Shown: in pieces, positions 9,681 through 18,340 of the stretch
How the letters are laid out: every line of letters starts with the position of its first letter
How positions within the stretch are numbered: position 1 is the first letter of the stretch
From: Octopus sinensis
Lineage: Eukaryota
NCBI RefSeq assembly: GCF_006345805.1
Contig: NW_021836982.1
Location: 1 to 22,259, forward strand
DNA: 22,259 bases
Direction: 5' to 3'
The notes under the pieces: model-generated
Seen by the model: the letters and a program-made list of their open reading frames with translations, nothing else
Databases searched by the model: none
Told to the model about the DNA's origin: nothing
Program-made: the position numbers and the translations under genes

Positions 9681-10016
9681 TTATTAAAGAATTTTCTTCT
9701 CGCTTGCGACTCGTTTTTCACACTAGTACATTTACTGATTGACCTTTTTTCTTGTCCATGATTTCATTCCAACACATCAATAGAAACTACTTTTCTGTAT
9801 AGCAAAAGACTTTTGCATATTATAATTAAAAAACAAAGCAACAAAAATCTTTTTATGTTTCGCAAAAGAAAAGGATGTCTACTTCCGTTTGAAAGTGGTC
9901 TTCGCTTACAGTAACGGGGCGTGACTTTTTGCTTCTATGCGATCAATTGTCGCAATGGCGTGAAACTCGAGTCACGAGAAAATGAAGTCAGAATATGCGC
10001 GGCGTGTGTGTATGCG

Positions 10017-10018
10017 GC

Positions 10019-10053
<35 letters not shown>

Positions 10054-10119
10054 TGGGTGCACAATACAAGTTTTCACTCTCTCTCTCTCTCTCTCTTTAT
10101 CTATCTCTTTATATATTTG

Positions 10120-10183
<64 letters not shown>

Positions 10184-10321
10184 TAGTACATTTATATATA
10201 CGAATATATATGCACATATATAAACATTTTATATAAATATATCATTAAACCAACATCACCATCATCATCATTATTATTATTAGTAAAATGACTTGCTCAT
10301 TCAATTCTTATATACATGTAT

Positions 10322-10355
<34 letters not shown>

Positions 10356-10500
10356 AATATATATATATATATATATGTATATGTATATATATATATGTAT
10401 ATATATATAATATACATATATATATATATATATATATATGTATCTATATATATGATATATATACAAGTAGGTACATTTATAGGAAGGTACATAGACAGAC

Positions 10501-10571
<71 letters not shown>

Positions 10572-10619
10572 GATTGCATTTATATATAATAAAAAAAGTA
10601 TATTATATATATATATATA

Positions 10620-10650
<31 letters not shown>
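10017..10650. repeat. Compound (AT)n, (CT)n, (GATA)n, (TG)n microsatellite block
   Basis: Direct reading; (GATA)n at about 10500-10571. Confidence 0.95.
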
Positions 10651-10656
<6 letters not shown>

Positions 10657-10859
10657 CACATATGTGAGTCCTTGTATAGATTTGTATGTATAATAGTCTT
10701 TACATTTTCATGCATAGATAAATATCTGCATATTCATATCTCAAAAGATCTAAGAGAATTGAAGAAACATCTGGCAAGTTTCCCAGAGTCACAACTATGT
10801 TAGTACACGACTTCAATCGATCATACGGATATAAACATGTGTGTGTGTGTATGTGTGTG

Positions 10860-10866
10860 TTGTTGA

Positions 10867-10897
<31 letters not shown>

Positions 10898-11007
10898 CCT
10901 GTTACTGCTATTGTTATTGTCATTGTTGTTGGTTTTTGGTCTCGGGTTTAACCAGATATAGCAAACTTATGATCAATGACTTTCCAACTGAGACCATCAC
11001 GTTTTTT
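10860..11007 (-). mobile_element. Degenerate retroposon 3' end with (AAC)n tail, minus strand
   Basis: (GTT)n at 10860-10932 abuts a short body whose reverse complement (…CGTGATGGTCTCAGTTGGAAAGTCATTGATCATAAGTTTGC…) resembles a common octopus retroposon 3' end. Recognition is from memory. Confidence 0.45.
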
Positions 11008-11189
11008 TGTGTTCTCAAACAAAGCACGTCTCGAACTTCATTATTTCATGTCAGTTACCAGCATTCGTTATTTATTTATTTATATTTTTTATTTATTTAT
11101 TTATTTATTTATTTACTTATATATTTTCGGCAATACGGTGTGTGTTGTTTGTAGAATGTTTATTTGCGACTATAAGGACACATGAAGTA

Positions 11190-11327
11190 AAGCAAAAGAA
11201 AAGCAGACAAAAAGAATAAAGAAGAAAGAAGAAGAAAGAAGAAGAAGAAGAAGAAGAAGAAGAAGAAGAAAAAGAAAAGAAGAAGAAGAAGAACGACGAC
11301 GACGACGACGACGATGACGACGACGAT
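11190..11327. repeat. (GAA)n-(GAC)n microsatellite
   Basis: Direct reading. Confidence 0.95.
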
Positions 11328-11595
11328 TTGAAAGTGGGAAATACGAATGTTGTGGTCAATGAAGAGAGAAGACGTGATACCAATAGTAATTGGTTCACTT
11401 GGAAGTATCAGTAGTCAACTACCAACATGGCTGATAAATATCGGTGCAAGTGTAAAGGTAGAAGACCTACCAAAATCAGAATTGCTTGGAACTGCAAGAG
11501 TTCTCTGCATTCTTCATGAATCATGACCAGTAAACAAGAGTCACCCAGCAAAATAGGCTTTGAGTTTTCATATAATAATAATAATAATAATAATA

Positions 11596-11646
<51 letters not shown>

Positions 11647-11707
11647 TAATAAGAATAAGAATAAGAATAAGATAATAATAATAATAATAATAGAGATAGA
11701 TAATAAT
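11325..11707 (+). mobile_element. R4/Dong-like (restriction-like endonuclease clade) LINE 3' end with (TAA)n tail
   Basis: After a frameshift from DLK, 11335-11526 reads WEIRMLWSMKREDVIPIVIGSLGSISSQLPTWLINIGASVKVEDLPKSELLGTARVLCILHES* (cf. DLxxEIxRLW…V(V/I)PIVIGALG…QKxALLGTARIL). A 45-nt 3' UTR and a (TAA)n tail (11572-11707) follow. Confidence 0.85.
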
Positions 11708-11726
11708 AGCGATAGAGAAAGTAATA

Positions 11727-11822
11727 GGCCTTTAAAAATATCAAGTACTGCGGTCGAAAACTTTCAAAGTGGTGCTCCAGCATAGCCACAGGGCAATGAA
11801 TGAAACGTGTAAACGATAAAAA
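11727..11822 (+). mobile_element. SINE 3' tail fragment (type D)
   Basis: AAGTACTGCGGTCGA…GTGCTCCAGCATAGCCAC…TGAAAC matches the reverse complement of 8131-8190. Confidence 0.6.
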
Positions 11823-12358
11823 GGGAAAGCACTAAAAGGATTATTGTGTGTAGCGACTTTGTATGACTGAAGGTCAGTGTTTGTCTGTCGATATTTATTC
11901 ATCGGCACGCCTGGAAACCAATAAAGGCCGCATCGTTCACTGCTATGAATGCATCGATATAAACATAAGGAAAGAGCGATAAAGATAGGAAATGATACAA
12001 ATATAACGAGACAACGAGAAAGAAAAACAAAAAGAAAAACAAATAAATATGAGCGTGGAGACTATATACAAAGCAAATTATTCTACACAAGCATCTGATA
12101 GACATCAGGAAATGTAATCCGGTATGCAGTGTAAATCGCCTTATCAGGCACTTTTTACAGAGATAATTAAAGATCAGAGCAGGCTTTCTTTAATGTATCA
12201 CTATTCGAAGTAATACTTTTGAACTTTTTCTGATAAACAAAGCATACATCTGTGAGATCCACTGATATACGGTCTAATGGATTTGACGATTCACCAACTC
12301 TCTTTAAAATCTCAGACTTATAATGATAGAGAAGATGTGATTCGTTTACCAATGTGTC

Positions 12359-12451
12359 TCAAATGAGTTGTAAACGCTTAGTTTTAAAAGTATTCCCAGT
12401 AAAGACAAAATTAACCTCTTCTGCTCCAGGTATGTTTGTCGCATTCACACA
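12359..12451 (-). CDS. Candidate terminal coding exon D (unknown protein)
   Basis: Acceptor TTTTTGTAG, then phase-0 CVNATNIPGAEEVNFVFTGNTFKTKRLQLI*. No homology recognised. Confidence 0.15.
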   Translation of the reverse strand, partial: CVNATNIPGAEEVNFVFTGNTFKTKRLQLI

Positions 12452-12768
12452 CTACAAAAATGTTTTGCGGGGGGCATATACAGTGAAGAGGAAACGATAC
12501 GTTGTTATTATAATTACATTGATTTTAGAGGATGTAGAATATTTTATGTGCAATTTCTGCTATTAATCCTAGTTCGCAGTTGCTAGATTTTTCATACAAC
12601 TATAGCTAGCTTTGCTATCATTACTAATGAATAGTTTATGAAAAGGATTATGTTACGTTTCAAGTAATTATTCTCCGTATTCAGCGCAAATGTTATCAAG
12701 TTACTTAGTAAAACATTCCTTCCGTATTTCAGTATAGGAAGTGATGTTCACGCACGCACACATACACA

Positions 12769-12971
12769 CGGGCGAAATGCGTAGCTGTATTTCGTCTGTC
12801 GTTACGTTATGAGTTCAAATTCCGCCGAGGTCGACTTTGCTTTTCATCCTTTCGGGGTCGAGGAATTAAGTACCAGTTACGCACTGGGGGGTCGATGTAA
12901 TCGACTTAATCCCTTTGTCTGTCCTTGTTTGTCCACTCTGTGTGTAGCCCCTTGTGGGTAGTAAAGAAATA
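12769..12971 (+). mobile_element. SINE family A, well-preserved copy (5' head truncated)
   Basis: CGAAATGCGTAGCTGTATTTCG hairpin, B-box-like GAGTTCAAATTCC, core TTTCATCCTTTCGGGGTCGA…TAAGTACCAG (resembling, by inference, the Meta-type SINE core) and tail GGGTAGTAAAGAAATA. Confidence 0.92.
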
Positions 12972-13017
12972 TACATATAGTTTGTGTGTGTGTGCGTGCG
13001 TATTAGACAGAGACAGA

Positions 13018-13112
13018 GACGCTGGCTTCCACACGTTCCGTCTACCAAATTCACTCAGAAAATATCAGTTGGCTCAGGATTGCAGAGGGATTCAAGTCGA
13101 TACCACGTGATT
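13018..13112 (-). mobile_element. Degenerate SINE family C fragment
   Basis: Reverse complement TGAGTGAATTTGGTAGACGGAA matches TGAGGGGATTTGGTAGACGGAA in the copy at 19664-19830. Confidence 0.6.
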
Positions 13113-13355
13113 GCTAAACGAGGCCCCTTGCATCACAGACACTCTAATTTATTTCAGAATTATTGGTGTAAGTTACTTTACGAAAATATATTTCTTTGTT
13201 TTTTTTTCCTTTTTTAATTTTCGTGTGAGTGTGTGTGTGTGTTTTTTTAGAATTTTCGCTAATCCCTAAAAGTGACAGGTTTTCCTTTATGTCTTCTATT
13301 ACGTGATTCAAATATCATTTTCCTCGTTCTTATCATACGATCATCTGTCTCTTAC

Positions 13356-13369
13356 CTGCCAAGATCCAA
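13356..13369 (-). CDS. Candidate 14-nt microexon C
   Basis: Minus strand: TTAAT branch-like motif, TTTTTACCGTACCTTTTCACATCAG acceptor, exon TTGGATCTTGGCAG, donor CAG|GTAAGA. Confidence 0.3.
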
Positions 13370-13459
13370 CTGATGTGAAAAGGTACGGTAAAAATTAATC
13401 AACGAACGGTATAATGTCAGAAATGTGACAGAAAAGAATGAATTCTGCATACCTGAATC

Positions 13460-13503
13460 TGTGTGTGTGTGTGTGTGTGTGTGTACTTCAGTATTCATAT
13501 GTT

Positions 13504-13555
<52 letters not shown>
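13460..13555. repeat. (TG)n and (AT)n microsatellites
   Basis: Direct reading. Confidence 0.9.
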
Positions 13556-13556
<1 letters not shown>

Positions 13557-13566
<10 letters not shown>

Positions 13567-13705
13567 CTATCGCCATACTAATATGGCATTCTTATAAAAA
13601 TAAGAAAAAAGCTGTCCGCTTATTAGCTCATGGAGCTAATAAGCGGACAGCTTTTTTCTTATTTTTATAAGAATGCCATATTAGTATGGCGATAACTATT
13701 ATTTT
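13557..13705. repeat. 149-bp near-perfect inverted repeat (long hairpin or cruciform; possible foldback MITE)
   Basis: Arms 13557-13629 and 13633-13705 checked base by base: 72/73 complementary, single mismatch C13567/A13695, loop ATG (13630-13632). Confidence 0.97.
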
Positions 13706-14035
13706 CCGGGAACGCTGCCGCTGTTCTCTTTTAGAGAGACTTAGTTATTTTAATATTTCTATTATATATATATATACATATACGTGCATGCAAATAGAGT
13801 TTCTGATTTGTGTAATATTTTTTATTTAGTTCCAGCTCCCTATTTATTCTTTTATTCTTTTTTCAACGAACAAGTCTTGGGTACTTTTAAACAGTGAGTC
13901 TCCATTGAACATGGCATGAACTGAATGAACACACACGCAAGAAAAATATATTTTAAAAAGCATTATTTTAACACGGTGTTTCACATGTTACTAAATATAT
14001 TTTTGTAAGTCCGAAACGCCAATTAGCGTTCCTTT

Positions 14036-14039
<4 letters not shown>

Positions 14040-14100
<61 letters not shown>
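14040..14100. repeat. Pure (AT)n of about 30 units
   Basis: Direct reading. Confidence 0.95.
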
Positions 14101-14103
<3 letters not shown>

Positions 14104-14491
14104 ATTTATATATGAATTATATATGAATAATATATGGCGTGTACTGGTACACCGGCGATTATAATTAATTTTATTGTATCGCATTTAACTTTGTTTATAT
14201 ATATATATATTATTTTTGTTTTACTACTGTCGCTGCTCATTCAGTTGAGATAGGTATATACAGGTGTGTGTAGAAAACTCGCTTTAAATTCACTCTGTTC
14301 GTATCAATGATCCGAACTCAGAGTCCATGGAACCGGACCAGGTCCCCGCCAGGTCTTTTGTTCCAATCGTCTTCATATTCTCAGTTAAATATATTATTAC
14401 AAGTTACTAAACCAAGGCTGACTTTTACTAACCAGATAAGTATTTCCAATTACATCTCTTACCGCTCACAGCATTGAGTTCGTTAACTTAC

Positions 14492-14539
14492 CAGTTCTAA
14501 CACATGCACGTTCTCTTCTATAATTATTCCAGTAGAAGA
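14492..14539 (-). CDS. Candidate 48-nt frame-preserving exon B
   Basis: Acceptor CTTATTTTTAG and donor CTG|GTAAGT. Open in two phases (SSTGIIIEENVHVLEL or xFYWNNYRRERACVRTx). Confidence 0.3.
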
Positions 14540-15134
14540 CTAAAAATAAGTTTTACTTCGAATTGGATTGTAAAAATAAATCTAATTCTGCAGACGTCGC
14601 CAACAATGACGAACTAGGAAACCCGTGTGTGATAATAAGAATATCGTCTCCGTCAGGCTTTAAACATTGTTCTTAATGACATAAGACGCCCTCTGTAGGA
14701 AGTGTAATGCTATTTGGAACCGAACATGTCATAAACCTCCTGGTTTTATTCTAACTTCTGATAATTAAGTAAATTTGAAAGTACAAATAAATTACACAGA
14801 AATAGATTTAATTAATTTTGTAAGAACACCGAATTGTAATTTACGAACAATAAAAATATATATAAAGGAAAGAAATAAAGACGTGAAAATTTGTTTTGGG
14901 GTTTTTATTTTACGCATTTTAAATAGCGGACATTTTGAAGTAGGTTTTTTTTTGTTTCTCTTTTTTTATTTTTATTTATATATTTATTTTTTTTTTAAGA
15001 AGAAGGAGAATAAAAAATAAAATTAAGATCGGAATGTTTTAATCTGTAAAGATTTATTTTTGTCAACTTATGTTAAGTTTGTTGATCAGGGGGGGTGGAC
15101 TTTTAACAGATAAATTAGGAAGAAGGTGGGGAAT

Positions 15135-15545
15135 AAGAAGAAGAAGAAGGAGAAGAAGAAGAAGAAGAAGAAGAAGAAGAAGAAGAAGAAGGAGAAGAAA
15201 AATAACAACAACAACAACAACAAAAAACAACAGTAACAACATCAACAACAACAACAAGATGGTGATGATTATCATCATGATGACGACGACGACGGTAATG
15301 GAGGTGACGGTGATGCTGCTGCTACTGCTACTGCTGCTACTGTTGGTGATGAGGATGCTTGTGATGAAGATGATGATGATGTTGCTGGTGTTAGTGTTGG
15401 TTGCGGTGGTGTTTCTGGTGCTCGTGGTGTTCCTGCCGGCGACGCTGCTGTAGCTTTCGCTGATCGTGAAGATCAGAAGGAGGAGGAGGGGTGGGGTAAG
15501 GTGGAGGAGGAGAGAAGGCGAAGACCAACAACAACAACAGCAACG
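15135..15545. repeat. Mosaic trinucleotide tract (AGA)(AAC)(GAT/GAC)(CTG/CTA)(GTG)(GGA)(CAA)
   Basis: Direct reading. Explains ORFs 15063..15278, 15070..15453 and 15391..15588. Confidence 0.9.
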
Positions 15546-15633
15546 ACATTACGTATATGTGTGCATGTATGTATGCGTGTATATGCACAGATAGGCGTGC
15601 GTGTGTTTAGGCGCCTGTATTTATATAGGAAGC

Positions 15634-15742
15634 ATAAATTAAGTACCAGTTATGCACTGGGGTCAATGTAATCGATTTAATCCCTTTGTCTGTCCTTGTT
15701 TGTCCCCTCTATGTTTAGCACCTTGTGGGTAATAAAGAAATA
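15634..15742 (+). mobile_element. SINE family A 3' half
   Basis: ATAAATTAAGTACCAGTTATGCACTGGGGTCAATGTAATCGATTTAATCCCTTTGTCTGTCC…GGGTAATAAAGAAATA matches 12860-12971. Confidence 0.9.
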
Positions 15743-16041
15743 TATATATATAAGAAGCAACGTTTCTCCCAAATATTATATTAAAGCCATGACTCCATTC
15801 AAAATTCTTTTGAGATATTTTTTGTCTTTTTGTTTGTTGTTGTTGATTTCCCTATTCTCTTATGGGTCTTTTTTATCCTGAGTTTGAACTCCTAAGTCTT
15901 ATCTTCTGACTGAAATTCTAACAACGGCGCTTCATTGTCGCGTTTTGTATTAAGCAACAAACGAACATGGGAATCGGCGTATTTAAAATTGCTCTATATC
16001 TGTGTATCGATTTTCGGCTTGTATATTTGCTATTAATTAAC

Positions 16042-16237
16042 CTCCCATGTTTAATCTTCTTGGATAGTTTATAGAATTCCACATTGGGCGGTAGTGCTTC
16101 CGACTAATCTTGTAGTCGTTGTGTTTTGTTTTCGGTATTAAATCCGCTGTTTTATCTCTTTTAACAAACGCATCGTCAACCGGCGAGAAAGCAGCGTATT
16201 TTCGCGTTGATTGATTTGCAAACATTATTGTTCCAAA
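16042..16237 (-). CDS. Candidate coding exon A (196 nt, unknown protein)
   Basis: Long polypyrimidine tract then …ACGTTTAG acceptor; open frame FGTIMFANQSTRKYAAFSPVDDAFVKRDK…NYPRRLNMG; weak donor G|GTTAAT. Confidence 0.2.
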
Positions 16238-16364
16238 CTAAACGTCTCGTAAAAAAAAAAAAGAGAAATGGAGGAAAATTCTTTTATTAAAATGGATTAA
16301 GCATGAAGACGGCTGTGTTGCTAAGATAACATGTTTGAAAGAATCTTGCCCTGTATAGACATAC

Positions 16365-16405
16365 GCGCAGGCGTGGTTGCGTGGTAAGCGGCTTGCTTCC
16401 AGACA
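16365..16405 (+). mobile_element. SINE family C 5' head remnant
   Basis: GCGCAGGCGTGGTTGCGTGGTAAGCGGCTTGCTTCC matches 19665-19701. Confidence 0.55.
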
Positions 16406-16449
16406 ATTTGGTCTAAGATCCACACCTGGGCACCATTTTTGTACGCACA

Positions 16450-16930
16450 AACATACATAGATACATGCATGTATATCTACCTACCTACTTACATACATAC
16501 GTACATACATACATACATACACATACATACATACATACACATACATACATACATGCATACATACATACATACATGCATGCATGCATGTATACCTACCTAC
16601 CTACTTACATACATATATACATACATACATTAAAACATACATACATGCATGTATACCTACCTACCTACCTACTTGCATACATACGTAAATACATGTATGC
16701 ATGTATACCTACATACATACATATACATACATACATACATGCATACATACATGCATGTATACCTACCTACCTACCTACTTGCATACATACGTAAATACAT
16801 GTATGCATGTATACCTACATACATACATATATACATACACACACACATACATACATACATACATACACGCATGCATGCATACATACATGCATGCATACAT
16901 ACATACATGCATGTATATCTACCTACCTAC

Positions 16931-16961
<31 letters not shown>

Positions 16962-17185
16962 CATGCATGCATACATATACATACATACATACATACATAC
17001 ATGCATACATATATATACATACATACACATACATACATACATACATGCATGCATACATACATACATGCATGTATATCTACCTACCTACTTACATACATAC
17101 ATGCATACATACATACATACATACATACATACATGCATGCATACATATATATACATACATACATGCATACATACATACATGCGTA
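16450..17185. repeat. (TACA)n/(CCTA)n tetranucleotide satellite with higher-order units
   Basis: Direct reading; GCATGTATA(T/C)CTACCTACCTAC recurs six times. Explains the YIHT/MHTY ORFs. Confidence 0.95.
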
Positions 17186-17569
17186 CGAACGTATAACGCA
17201 TTCTTGCGCAACGTAACGCGTCCATTAGCCACGTGTCTGTAAGGAAACACTTTAACCATACGACTGCGTTTTCGCTTAATTGTTCGTTTTTCAGTAAAGT
17301 TTAATTAGCATCCAATCAAATATTCATATGTGATATAATTAAGAATTTAATTACTCCCAATTTAATATCCCAGCATCTTACATAATTTATCATATTTGCA
17401 TATTTGTTATTAATTATTTCATTTTCCTTTTTGCTTTGTTAATTTTCTTAGTGATTTCTTTCTTTGTTTTATTTTCGTATTTTTGCTTTAATTTCTTATC
17501 ACGTGACCTCATCACGCATACTCAACTCATTATTGTATTAATCCTGTCCACCACTTTTTCTCCCTCTAC

Positions 17570-17936
17570 GTGTGCGTGTGTGATTGAGTGCACATGTGTG
17601 TGCTTGTGTGTGTGTGTGTGTGTGCGTGTGTGTGTGTGTGTGAGTGCCTGTATCATTAAACATGTATCACATTATGTGTCAATGTGTGTGACAGAGTTTC
17701 GGCATATAACTCTTCGTATGTTTTTGTGTCTGTATATTTGTTGGTGCATGTGTATGGGTGTGTATGTGTGTGTGTGTGTATGTGTGTCTGTGTGTGTGTA
17801 CACATGTACGAATATACATGGATACATGTCGATGTAAATATGTTTGCATATATGCATGTATCGGTAAATATAACACACACACACACTCTCCTCTCTCTCT
17901 CTCTCTCACACACCACACACACAATAATATATATAT

Positions 17937-17980
<44 letters not shown>

Positions 17981-18340
17981 GTATATTTATTTATATATGT
18001 GTATATTATATATGAGCGAATAGATAGATGATAGATAGGAAGTATGTATGTATGTATGTACGTATGTAGGTAGGTAGGTAGGTAGGTAGGTATATATGTA
18101 TGTAGGTAGATAGGTAGGTAGGTAGGTAGGTAGGTAGGTAGGTATGTAGGTAGGTAGGTAGGTATATATGTATGTAGGTAGATAGGTAGGTAGGTAGGTA
18201 GGTATGTAGGTAGGTAGGTAGGTAAGTAGGTAAGTAGGTAGGTAGGTAGGTAGGTAGGTATGTAGGTAGGTAGGTAGGTAGGTAGGTAGGTAGGTAGGTA
18301 GGTATGTAGGTAGGTAGGTAGGTAGGTAGGTAGGTAGGTA
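17570..18340. repeat. Degenerate (TG)n/(CA)n/(CT)n/(AT)n block followed by (TAGG)n/(TATG)n satellite (18042-18340)
   Basis: Direct reading. Confidence 0.9.

Noticed and set aside
10748-10798. 51-nt plus-strand exon-like segment (DLRELKKHLASFPESQL)
   Set aside because: Weak acceptor (AAAAG) and donor (GTTAGT), with no supporting partner exons.
13158-13167. Plus-strand 10-nt microexon-like site (TTTCAG…GTAAGT)
   Set aside because: Poor exonic donor context, branch motif too close, and isolated on this strand.
15063-17242. ORFs of 100-200 aa with poly-R/T/L or YIHT repeats
   Set aside because: They come from trinucleotide mosaics and the TACA satellite, which lack stop codons in some frames.
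18042-18340. (TAGG)n as interstitial telomeric repeat
   Set aside because: The unit is TAGG, not TTAGGG or TTAGG. An ordinary tetranucleotide satellite.
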